Both the position numbers and the translations under genes were made by a program. Shown piece after piece: positions 12,240 through 24,308 of a stretch of 64,000 nucleotides of DNA. Source of the DNA: Rhizodiscina lignyota (lineage: Eukaryota); assembly GCA_010015805.1 (NCBI GenBank), contig ML978121.1, positions 3,658,001-3,722,000 of the forward strand. Reading direction: 5' to 3'. The stretch's first letter is position 1, and every line of letters starts with the position of its first letter. Below the pieces are notes generated by a model, which was not told the origin of the DNA, made no database searches, and saw nothing but the letters and a program-made list of their open reading frames with translations.

Positions 12240-13520
12240 CTTGTTTGCTAGTGATGGTAGAGTTGCGAAAGTGAACGAGATTGATGAAAACGGGGATATG
12301 AGAGAATAGTCTGTTAGGAAATAATATTCTGTATGAAACTGTGAAGAAAGTTGTTGTTGGATGATGATCGATTTCTAGAGGAAGAATCGATCATACTTAT
12401 ACATATTTCTTCCTGGCTTGAGAATTGTCCGATATGTCTTCCAGAATGCTCCGCCCTTCACCGTATACGGTTACGGCGTACAGGCGGCGTCGCGGGTTCA
12501 ACGGTCGCTCGTGGCCACGATGACAATTTCGGTAAAGATCTAGATGATCCGGAGCCATGCGAGAACTATCTGGATGATTTTCATTTTCGTCTTGGCGGCG
12601 TGGCGAAGTGGCATGCATGCACAGTCGGTGCGCAGACTCGTGCCGATGACGACTGCGGAATCTATCTGCCATGCGACCGTTGTGGCAGCCTACTCCGCCC
12701 AAAGAGCATATTGATCAGTGTTTTTGCTGAAAATGGTAACTACCATGACTGCTCTAAGATGATCTAAGGACAGCCTCGGAAGGCCACGAGCCGATGTACA
12801 TACTGACTAGGGAGGCGCAGACAGGTTCGATAATCTCGAGACTTCACTGTGGCCCGTGGGTGGCACAGATTGTATCCTAATCTTCAGTTCCAAGTGATTC
12901 ATCCGCTCGTCGAGCACAGCAGGTCGAGAAGTTGGAAAGTCGGCGAGCGCAGTGAGATGCGGTGGAATGTTCCTCTTGCAAGCCTTCCGATAAAGTTGGT
13001 AACGGCGGTCGGGCGGTGTGCGGGCGGCCGGATCACCCCGCCTCACATTTGGAATTCTCATTGGCGCATCAAAGTTGATGTGCGCCCTAATTGTGTCTCG
13101 CTGGCAATCTGTGCGACGCAAAGCGCATGCTCAAGGCGCAAGAGAAGGTAGGCAATGTTGATGGAGATGGAAATAAAGTTTAGGCAGTCGATAAAGTTTG
13201 CCAGTCCAGCCCGAGAAAGTCGTGTGCTATTTTAGTGCTGACAGCGCCCCGTCGGGCGGTATGCAGGGTCCATAGGGCCAGCCAATCACCGTCGCTGGAG
13301 CCTCCCGGAGCCTCCCGCTGCCGATCTGTTCCTGAATTAGCTCGCGCACTCAGCATTTGACATCGCGAATGTGACGCCCGCACCTGATTTTGAGATCTGA
13401 CAAATGCTGCGGGGCGAGAAACAAGATGCGGCTCCGGAAGCTTAAGCATGACTAGTACTATTGCCCGTAAACGGATACTACAGTATTGCCCGTAAATGGA
13501 CTGCTCTCACACGAGTCTGT
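11907..13520. repeat. Copy B (intact) of the spherulin locus duplication
   Basis: Colinear similarity with ~8115-9880 as described for copy A. Confidence 0.85.
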
Positions 13521-13644
13521 TCCGTTAAGCCACCACGTGGGGACCCGAGAATATCATAAGGTCCATATCCATATATATGTATTATTGACCTGTTCCGTCT
13601 ACCGTCTCAGATCATCATACATATGTAGTATTGACCTGTTCCGT

Positions 13645-16600
13645 CTACCATCTCAAGTCATCATCCATGGGCAATGCTTCCAGGGCCGTGATCACATCGC
13701 CGACATTATCATCCGTGCTTCGAAGATGGGCACGCTCTCTGACTCGCGTGTAGAACACCGGACAGTCTCTACTGTCACACCTTACTTCCTCGCCGAACGC
13801 AAGACCAGCGCAGCTCTGGCACACCGCGTCGACGCGCTGAACTCTCATTTCAGCTTTCTGCAGGCGCCGGTTAAGGCTTAGCAGGGCTAATGGCTTGTCC
13901 TTCAAGCACTTCTTGCAAAGCGGTAGAAGAGCTACGTTCTTCGCAGTCGCTTTTACGGGTGGTAGCCGGTCTCTGCACAGAATACAAGCTGAACTTTTCA
14001 TGTAGTTCTCCAGCGTCCTTCTCATATTCCCACCGACCTGACCGAACGCGTTGGCTTGCGGGGCCGCAGAAACGGTTCGGATGCGCTGAACCTTCGGCAT
14101 CTCATCATACCAGCCGCGCACATTCGCCCCGACGAGATTGAATATTCTCTCCAGCGGAGGAATCAAGTTCTTGCTGATGTAGTACTCTGCATCCAACTCA
14201 AGATTGTCGTCGGTGAGCAGTGCCTCGGGCGCAATGCATCGGTCAATCAGCCTTGCACCCGGCGCACCAGTGACCACGACATACGGTATACGCTCGCCAT
14301 ACTGGGGTTCTGTACGGTGGTCATTCAGCATCCGTCGCGTCGCAATGAGCGCGCCAGGTGGAGGTGGCCCTTTGTCGGAGTATGATCCCAATTTGACTTC
14401 CCTGGCGAAGAGGAAATCCTGAATCGAGACGCGGCCGTTCATAATCTTCGTACATTGACGCTGGAAGTAACTCTTCACTTCGCTCAAGTCCTGACTGCGG
14501 AAGAGGATCTTGAGTGCCTTCTCTTCGATTTTCTGCTCAGCAGGAGTGCCGTCTCGTCGTACAGTCTCAATCCCTTTCGCATCGAACTCTGGCTCTTTCT
14601 GCGTCGGAGATTCGTACTTGAATCCGACATATCGCTTCTTGGCTAACAGCACGCAAGGGTGGTATACCTTTTCAAACTTGAGCTTCACCGGCTTCGGGTT
14701 AGCTTTCGTGACGGTATCCGCAATCTCGTTTCCAATCTGGAAAGCCTCTTCTCTGGTTCTTCCCTTGAGATAGACAAACAAAGAATCTGTATCGCCATAC
14801 ACGACTTCCGCGCCCCACCTGTTCACGGAGTGAATGAGCGCAATGGCTTTCTCCAGTGTCTCGCGTCCCGTCTGGACAATACTATCCGCAATCTCCGAAC
14901 ACGGCATGCGCCCCGAGAAACTCGCAGAAGTATATCCGTAGGTGACGTTCGCGATGAGCTTGAGCGCTAACTGTCTATTATTCAACAGCTGCTGGAGCGT
15001 CTTATCGTCCTTGTCGACCTTCATGCCACTCTTGACCATCACCCTGGTCTCCAAGATCTCGCCCAGCATCTTCGCGAGCAGCGACTTGCGCATCTCAGGC
15101 TTCACATACATGAGCCCATTCGGTGCGATGTTGATATAATCCTTGACTAGCTCAAGTAACCCCGGATCGCGCTTGAAGTCCGTAAATCCGAGCTTATTCT
15201 GGCCGCGCCACGAGACAATGCGGCCCAGACAGGTGGAATAGCAGTAGTTATATGCAATCATGACACTCGGATACAAGCTTTGAAAGTCCAGCACCAATAG
15301 CGGAGACGGGTAGAACGCGCTCTGCGGCTCCATGACGAGCGGTAGGCACTCTAGCGCATTCTGCTGCCCGATTTGTTTTCTCGAAGGCGACACAAGAATA
15401 TAGTTTTCCGGTTTCGCGATCCGAAACATCAAGCTCTCGACCTTGAACTGCGAGCCTCTGCTGAAGACAGAGAAGAAGTCAACTCCTAGTAGACGGGCTT
15501 GTTCGCTTGTACGCGCAATGAGCTCGTTTGTCTCGAGGATCTGCAGATTAAGCTGCACTCTCGATAAGAAGTACGACACCATCTTCGCCAAGTCGCGTGG
15601 CCGACCGTTCTGATACCAGCGTGTGAGATCTGCGAAGCTATAATGCGGGATGCGCTTATGCAGCACATGGAACACGACATTTTCCATTGTGTACTGCAGC
15701 AGATTCAGCTCTCCTCGCATCGCCCGCCAAATATTGATCATATGGCGTCCAGTGACACGAATCGTGCTCGTGTGCGTGAATCCCCAGCGATCTGCCTCCT
15801 TGCCGAAGCGACCGTGTGATTGGGACTTCATGCGTGAAAACTCATCGGGAAGGTTATACTCGTATTTCAAGCGAGCGCGCTCGATCAAGTAGCCCCATGA
15901 GCTGTTGTGCACTTCGTACCCAGTGAGGATATCTGGGTCATAGCCACGAACGATGTCCACCATTCGGTTGATGAGGTTGAGTTCGTCTTCCTCATACTCG
16001 ACAGCGACAGAGACTTGTCTGGATATCTTTGAAGCGATCCCATCTTCAGAGGAGAGTGCAAGAATTCCAAGTTTCAGACCATCGGGGTCGGTGTCCTCAT
16101 CATCATCGGATTGGATACACCAGAAGATCGCTGCTATCGGATCTTCGGCTGGATCCGGAACAAAAGTATCACGAGTATTGACGTGCACTTCAAGACTCAT
16201 GATACTCATGTATTGCGTCTCATGATGCACGCTGGTTGACTTGAGCTTCTGTGAATACTTGAAGCCGTGCTTATTCTTTTGCGTTGGGCCATCGATTTGC
16301 GAGAGTAGCACCTTCTGTCCGCCCGTTCTACTCTGCTGTCCCGGTGGTGCATTTGGTACATCTGCATCTGGATCAGCGTCGCCTCGTTGCTGTAATCTCT
16401 CTTGCTCCAGCCATTCTTGCACCTCTTCTGCTGTCGGCGGAGCATCGGCAATCTGCCAATTCCGCAATGTGCACTGTCTTCTTCGGCGACGAGCTTGCAA
16501 TTCCTCCTTGACTTTGTCAACAACCACCCCCGACCTCTCACCGTACGTAGCCAGTGAGGAACCAGTTGGATCGAAATCTGGCAGGTACGGTATCGTTGTG

Positions 16601-18667
16601 CTTTGTAGTTTGAATTCTCGCCCGGCGTACTCCCTAGGGCGCTCGGGGACGTCTCTCTCGTCGCTGTAGTAGGCATCCTGATAAAGGACAGGTGGCAGTC
16701 CCCAGTCCAACATTGTGTTTTGGACGGTCTCGGCTGAAGGAGGCAACTCTCCAAACAGCAGCATTGAATTTGAGCTCAGAAAAGAGCCATCCAACTTGGA
16801 CGCAAGCTTAAGAGCTTGTGATGAAACTTCAGGGCCAAGTGAGTTTTCACCAGTGCTAGTCGAAGATGCTGACTTTGAGACCGTCCAGGGCGTCGCAGGA
16901 GATTCCTCTGATGCAGCGTCTGTTTTGGTCGTTTTTGGTGTACGCTCTGCTTTCTGCGAGTTAGACCATTCGCTCCGCTGGCTAAGACGTAGCGCTGTAT
17001 CAGGATCCTGCGGATTTTTGACAACAGGAAATGATACAGTCGTTGGTCGGGAACGCCCATGAGCTTTGATACTACTTTGCGAGAGCTGTCCTAGGTCTGA
17101 CTTCAGGGGGCTGCTACTTTGAGAGGCCGTAAGATCGCTGTCACCCTTCAACAATTCACTGCTGGAATCTTGGAACGCTACTCGTTTGAGTGGCGAGGAA
17201 TCTATCCTTCTCTTCTTCAAGGGCCTGTCGCTCTCAATATAGTTGTCAACCTCGTCGGAGGATTTCAAAATGCCACTCTCGTTGCGTCGACTCCTGGAAC
17301 TGTTACTTTTCGGTCCACGCGCAATCTCTCTTAGTCGCTGTGACAGCGCAAGCTCCTCAGCGACCTCTTCGTCTGATATAATATCGTAATCCAAGAAAGC
17401 TATCTTCTTCTCATCAATCAACGCCTCAGAATTGGCATCCTCATCCCTCAGTTGTGTTTCCACGTCACTAGCCTGTTCGTGGCCAGCACGAAGCCTTTCG
17501 GAGAAGAGGTCTTCAACGCTCTCTAGTGCGGTTTTGACTTGATCCCCCAGTGTCGCAGGTTTGACGAAATCGTCGAAGCCAATAGTTGTGCCATCATTTC
17601 CGGTTTTCTCGCCTTTCACAAGATCATCCACTAACTCTCTATACTCGTCTTCGTGGATCCACCCCCATTTCTGGCTGCCTCGAGCATCTGCGGACATGCT
17701 GACAAGGACTTCCTTTGGAAATGGGCTGCTTGATGGATCTGTGATACCCATTCTCTTCTTGCGCCTCTTGGTCTCATCCTTCCAGAGCCCAGCCATCGAA
17801 TGTACAAATTTGTCCTCGGGGCCAAGGAGCTGGAAACGTTCGATGAAGTCGTGGTGGAGCGGTCGTTCGTGAACCTCATGTCGATTCAATATGTCCTCAA
17901 CACGGATATCAATTTCAATGGCGCAATGGCTCTGTCGCGGAAGATTATCAGGATTTGAAATCCATTCAGGCAGGATCGTCCTGTCATGCCAGCGATGCGC
18001 CAAGTTACTGAGCTCCATGTACTCCGGCACAGGGTCCCGGAATTTGACTATCGCGCAGTCAATGTAAGCGCACCCGTAAAGATTATAGTCGCACATCCAT
18101 TGCAGCAAGTATTGTAGGTGGCTTTCGTGGGGTTGGATGATCTGCTGCATGATGGCACCTTGGTACAGTAGATCCGCGAATCGCGTCGTATGCAGCGGGT
18201 TGAGGAGATATATCTTCAGGTAGAACTTGTAGCCGACATGGTAGCCGAAGAAAGGCACGCCCTTGACGAGGCAGATGTGGCCGACGAAGATAGCCTTGCC
18301 GTCGTAGGGATTGCGACGGTAGCTAATTGCCAGCGCATGGTCGATGCTCATGCGAAGGTCGCGAATGTATGCATTCACTACAGAGCATTAGCAAGCGATC
18401 CCAAGCTGCTATCCGAGAGATTCCACCATCTTCAGCTGCAAGACTGCCATTGTATTCTATGTACAGATATGGGAGCGCTCCATGGATATGCGCGCACACT
18501 TTCTGGCCAGTCTCGGTCGCGCCAAAGGCACGGATGACTGGCACTGCGGGCGCTTTTTTGCCTTGCGACAAACTTTGGCCGAAGAGATGAGGGTCGAATT
18601 GGGTAGGCGCCGCTTGGTAATGGTCGACGCAGTTCAGACGGAATCGGAATGGAAATGGCCCATCCAT
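13645..18667 (-). CDS. REV3: DNA polymerase zeta catalytic subunit
   Basis: B-family motifs LDFQSLYPS, KLIANVTYGY, YGDTDS; Rev3-typical HIHGALPYLY and SRGSQFKVES; C-terminal CysA/CysB motifs. Intron 18378-18426 joins the two ORFs in frame. Confidence 0.97.
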
Positions 18668-19237
18668 TTAGAAAAGGAGTAATATGAAAAGTTGCACGGT
18701 GAGAAGCAGCGCGTCATGTTGTAGTGTTCGAAGGCGAAAGTGGAGCGAGAGAATGCAGAAACGCGTGTAGATCGTGGCGTCGCTAAAGGCGTCAAGGTAA
18801 ACATGACTTGCATAAGAGAAACGTTCGTGCATGAAGGGTGGGTCTCTGGCTCCACGAACCCTAACCCTAGTCCAACGTTCATTTCTCTTTCCGAGCAAAG
18901 GTTTTGACATCATCCAAAACTCACGCAAGAACTCGCTACTCATAATTTCTGAACGAGATCGAGTACGGATGTGAGGGAACATCATTACGGTGTCAAATTT
19001 CGATTTAGTACTCGATCTAATCGGTTTCCTGACACTTAAAAATAACAATTCGTTCGTTCGTCCAGTGCCTGGCGTTAAGACTCAAAGGGAGACCTTTCAT
19101 CATTACCAAATCAAGTCACATACAGAGAGTCTCACGAGCGCTACACGCCGATTCTATTCATATCGGATGATTTTCTGGTTGAAGTTTATCCCTACTTCTT
19201 CCTCATTTCGTCGAGTAGTTCAAGATCGGATTGGAAA

Positions 19238-20154
19238 ATGGCGTTTGAGTGGCTACGCACGAAGGATGAACATTCAGTACGCTTCTCGCAACCGACAGAA
19301 GATACAATATTTCTACGCAATCTCACGCTATCGGCCATTGTCGGACTGGATGCTTGGCACCGCGAGGGTCGGGAACAGCCCGTGGTCATTGATCTCAGAG
19401 TCAGCTACGATCTCCGTGCCGCAGGGGCTTCGGACGCAGTCTCAGATACCGTTAGCTATTCTACCATAGCCAAACAACTACGAGCTACTGCGGCTGAAAA
19501 CAGCGAAAATGGTGGCAATATCTACGACCTCTCAATGAAGATATTGGAGGACATCCTTGACGTAGTTGACCCAAAATCGGAGACAACAGAAGATCAGACA
19601 CAGCATGATGTATATATTGGTATCAGGTTGCCCAGGGCGTCACTACTAGCAGAAGGAGGAATCGGATATAGTTATGCGGTTACGAAAGCGACCCGTTACA
19701 ATCTAAGGGACTACTCAGACAAGTTCTTCGTGGACGGCATCAAGATACCATGTATAATTGGTGTGAATCCACACGAACGGCTACAAAAGCAAAATGTCAT
19801 TGTAGACCTCACTTTCTGGGTTGTCTCTACGCACGAGAATGGACTCTTTCGCGATTACGGCGCAATAATCCAGAAAATCACGGACGTAAGTTTCCAGTGA
19901 TAATATATCCAACCCAGCTCAGTCCAACGCTAATAATGCAACAGGGTATCGGGAACTCATCGTATCAAACGCTCGAAGCGCTCGCGGCATTCATCGTCAA
20001 CGTCGCTTTCTTAACCTCAGGCTTCCAAGCCCTGACGGTCTCTGTACAGAAGCCCAGCGCTATCATAGATGTTGCTGGTTCTGGCGTCGAGATTACGCGA
20101 GATCGTTCATCATTCGAAGGTTCCTCGGGAAGCAGGCGGAATGAATCAATCTGA
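19238..20154 (+). CDS. Dihydroneopterin aldolase, tandem FolB domains, stand-alone
   Basis: DTIFLRNL..AIVG..REQPV, DTVSYS, CIIGVNPHERLQKQNV, YQTLEALA, KPSA..GVEITR; intron 19886-19944, phase 0. Confidence 0.88.
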
Positions 20155-20674
20155 GGCAATCGCCCACAGGACAGAGTACCGCTGATTTTGAACTGGCTCA
20201 GGAATGGAATGAAGGCAGCGACATTGAAGAACTGGGCTGACGGGGTGGAGCACCATCCTTCCTACCCTATCCATAGTATGTTGACTGTGCACTTCAACAT
20301 TTCCAGAAAGGCTGCTTGCGACACGCATGGCTCGAGAGATGAGGTAGACAAGCCGGTGTTAGTGTCATCAAAGTGAATTGAATGCTTGTAGAGAGGGCTT
20401 GATTGCGGCTTCATTTGAGCTCATTCGCCTAGCTATCATACACTTTCAGATTCTGCTCCCAATCATTCCAAGATGGGAGCGTTTGCCTATCCGTAGACAC
20501 CAAAGACCTTTAAACGCCTAAAATCAACCCAATTTGGCCTAAGCTCGGTATTGTCGCCGTATGCCAGAAAACCCTCAAGACGAGCTCTTGTAGACGCCGG
20601 TAAACAGCCACCACATGCCTATATAGCCATCGGCTGGCGGGTCTCGGTCAGCAAAATGATCCTCCAGACCATGC

Positions 20675-22065
20675 TCATTCCTGTCGTTGGCGCTTGTTCG
20701 GGTGGTTTCCCCAGTCACCGGCGCCCATGCCTCCCTGTCCGTTGAAGAACGCGGGATTGAAGTGTGGTTGCTGTTGCTGCGGGCCGCCGAAGCCACCTGT
20801 ATGAAGCCTTGTATTAGTATAACACTGTAATCCGATTTTAACAGTAAATGAGGGGAAGAGAAACTGACCACCCATCATTCCGCCCATCGGGCCTCCCATT
20901 CCCATGCCGCCCATACCCATTCCCATGTTGTTCATACCACCCATAGTGCCCATGCCCATGCCCATGTTGTTCATACCCCCCATACCACCGCGGCCGCCAC
21001 GCATCATTCCTCCGCCGCCACGGTTCATACCGCCCATGCCCATTCCGCCGCGGAAGTTGTTGTTGAATCCGCCCATACCCATGCCGCTGTTGAAGCCTCC
21101 GCCGCCCATGTTACCTCCCGGACCGCCGAAGCCGCCACCTTGGCCTCCCATACCCGGGCTCGAGAAGTTGCGGCCCTGGTTGAAGTTGTTCTGCATGCCG
21201 CCTCCACCACCGCGATTGAACGAACCACCTCTGTTGCCTCCGCGGAAGCCAGTGCCTTGGCTGAAGTTTCCGCGTCCAGTGGAGGAGCTCTGGTCGCGGC
21301 GGTTGGGGTTCTCCTTTGGAAGCGTCTTGTAAGGGTTATGCGCGGGGTGGAAGGTCGCGACGTGCTTGCGGCCGGCTGGGGCAGGCGTGCCGGTGCCAGA
21401 GGGGTTGGAATAAGAGTCGAGTTTGTGCTTGAGGGCTGTTGAGGCTTGAGGGCCGGCGAGGAGGACGAATACTTGTCTGTGATACAATGTCAGAGATAGT
21501 ACAGGAGAGAGTATAGACAGCGAAGTCGTGAGAAGACAAACCCTTTGCTCTTGCCATTGACCTTGTGCTCATTGAACGTCAACTCCTTCACCTCATCTTC
21601 TACGCCGGCTTGGTTCGCCCAGCCGCGCACGTCATCCTCATCCTGGTACCAGTGCAACTCGCTGATCAGCAACGCGTTCGTCGCGCCAGGCGCGATGTCT
21701 CGTCCATCTGTCTCGCCTTCCTTACGCTTTACGCCCTGCTGCACCGGCGCTCGCTTTGGCGGGCCTGAATGAGATGTGTCACCGGTTGTGCTCGAGATGG
21801 CTTGTGTCGACGCGTTGTTGCTCTGCAAGGCTTGGTTATCAACAGTTTGGCCTGAGTCGTAATTCTGCGACGTGTCGTTTGCAGGGGTGGCACTGTTGTT
21901 TGCCTCTTCGTAGGAGTTGTCGAGGGTCGTGGAGCGCGTGTCGGGTTCATTCTTCACCTCGGTCATTGCTGCTCCAGCAGACGCGTCTGCCTCGACCGGT
22001 TCAGGATAGTCTTGCACGTTGTCATCGCCGTAGATGTCAATGTCGAAGTTGTCGTCGTCAGCCAT
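20675..22065 (-). CDS. RRM protein, cleavage factor Im 68/CPSF6-like, with RGG/Gly-Met-rich tail
   Basis: N-terminal DIDIYGD; RRM LLISELHW..ELTFNEHKVNGKSKGQVFV; introns 21477-21541 and 20797-20868. Confidence 0.8.
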
Positions 22066-23138
22066 CTTGATGGTCGCGGGAAACTGCGAGAAGGAAAAAG
22101 AAGAAAGTGTGTTGTTAAAGCTCCGTAAAGCGAGTCTTTTTACTCCTTAGATACTGCACGGAGCCACGATCTGGCTCAATGTATGGTTTCTTTCGAGATA
22201 CAAGAGTCCTCTGTAGCAGCTGGGAAACATTCAATCAGTAAACTGGAGAGTACATGTGTTGGAGGTGAAAGCAAGGCAACAATGTTGTGCTTAGCCAGTT
22301 TCAGCAAGATGCTAGCTCCCAGAAGGTCTCCAGAAAGCAATGATACGCATCATCCCCATGATTTGCCTCCCCGATTGCTCTTGTACATGATAAAGTGCAA
22401 CGGACATACGTACTGTACAGTGTCTTGTCTCAGATCTCAACCCCGATATGCAAAAGGACAAGCTCCCACTGTCTCTGTGACAGGTGAAAGAGCAGGTTTA
22501 TGATGAGTCGTGAATTGAATACAAAGATGTACTTTGCGACCGCCAGATGATTGCTTCCTCAGAATGTGGTACAGGTATTGAAGGTGTCTGCAAGGCTGAG
22601 ACTAAGCCAACGCTGCAGCAGCTTTAAGCGCTTGACAGAAGAGCGAAGATGAGAGAGGGACGTGTTGACGTCTCCTGAGAGTTAGCTTCTATGTGTTTCG
22701 GTGCTTTCCTCGGAGCGTGAGCTGCCCGTAGTTTGCTCGGTTACTTTCGCGATCTGCAAGTTAGTGCGTCATCGGGAGATGTGGGAGGAGCGAAGACGTT
22801 GGTATTTGGTCGATTCGCGTCGTGTGAAGTGACTCGGATTGGCAAATGAATTGTCGCGAAGTCAAGAGAGTGAAAACGCGTCGCGGTGGTGTGGAGCGAA
22901 GTGGTGAGGGAGTGGAAAGGAGGTGAGGTCGAGTGGCGCATGGAGCTAAGCTGGGCGGCGTGCCAAGCCTTTGCGGCTCTGCGCGAAGAAGGAAATCTGG
23001 CCAAACCTCCGCCTTTCGCTGGACAGATTGTCCCTTTTCCACAGCCACCATCAAAGTCATACGCAATCTTCAGCGCACTCCGATCAACCGCCTCGCTCTC
23101 CTCTGCAATCCCCAACAGCATCTTCGAATACCGTCACC

Positions 23139-23497
23139 ATGTCAAGCTCACAGCTAAAGGAACTCGCCGATATCCCCAAGGACTTCATCAAGGACGGCAC
23201 ACAGTTCTTGAATCGGTGCACGAAGCGTACGCTAACATCCTGATTAATCTTCCAGTTGGTATGATACTGACATACTCTCCAGCGGACAAGCGCGAGTTCC
23301 TGAAGATTTCACAAGCTGTGGGCGTCGGTTTCGTCATTATGGGTATGCGCCGCACCAATTCATCTGCATTACAATCGTCTCGTTGCATGTCGCAGCAGAA
23401 CAAGTTTGCTAATGCCCTCTGTCGAACAGGCACGATCGGCTACTTCGTCAAATTAATACACATACCCGTTAACAACATCCTGGTGGGAGGCTCGTAG
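23139..23497 (+). CDS. SSS1: Protein translocon Sec61 gamma subunit
   Basis: Spliced MSSSQLKELADIPKDFIKDGTQFLNRCTKPDKREFLKISQAVGVGFVIMGTIGYFVKLIHIPVNNILVGGS*; introns 23227-23282 and 23343-23429. Confidence 0.97.
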
Positions 23498-24308
23498 ACA
23501 AATTGGGGTGGATGCTGGAGTCTGCGGGCGAGAGGTGTGCATTGGGAATCCCAGTGTCGACCTCTAGGATGGAAGCATGACAATGGATACTTTCGATGAC
23601 TTGACATTATCAATGAGCGAATTCGTCAAACTTTTCCTTGTATTATATCTCGATGGCGGGCGTCGTCTGATATACGGCTAAGAATTCACCGGGAAGTTGT
23701 CAATGCGAGCTCATCATGATTCCAAAGTGTCCCTCAACTCCCGTTATGTGGCCCTTACAACCCATTGGCACCGAGTCCGATGGCTACGTATATAACATAA
23801 CGACCCTTTTGGACTGTTCTCCACGACCGCACTGCACGATATTTAAGAATGGCTCGCATGGAGTTGAGAGAATAGTCACAGACGCTTTCTGATGCAAATT
23901 CCTTTTCATTTGAATGAGGGTATCATGGCCCCATCGCCATCTATCCAGGTATGAGTCGCTACCCAAAAGCCAGCGCCAGCCCTGCTCCATATGTACATGT
24001 ACACTATGTACAATGAAAGCCTGCTGTGCATGAAAACGACTCTATTTCATCGCCATCGTAGTCGTTGTGATCGCAAATTCCATCAGACCCCTTAGTCATC
24101 GTTGAGTCAGTGCATCCGAGCAAACGGTTTGTCAGCTCTTGCAGTGAGTCTTCAGCCCCTCCAAGTCAACAGGGCTTCGTAGTCCGGTCCACGCACATTC
24201 TAAGCCACTCGAAGCAAACCACCAAAGCAATTCAAGCAATCGTCGTCGAGTCTTCTCACCACCTCCACACTCAAATCTCCCCACTCATCTCACCTCCTCT
24301 ACGCCTCC

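Noticed and set aside
12351..12767. Cys-rich 138-aa plus-strand ORF with similar peptides (RLGGVAK, VGAQ, PCD.C.SL) in the duplicate copy
   Set aside because: Starts at TTG and lies in the spherulin upstream region; the peptide similarity is explained by nucleotide homology of the duplication, and copy A is interrupted by the MITE-like insertion.
20904..21332. Pro-rich 142-aa plus-strand ORF
   Set aside because: Antisense shadow of the Gly/Met-rich tail of the CPSF6-like gene.
22886..23138. Long N-terminal extension of the Sec61 gamma ORF (203 aa)
   Set aside because: Artefact of reading through UTR and introns; the spliced model from ATG 23139 gives the canonical ~70-aa protein.
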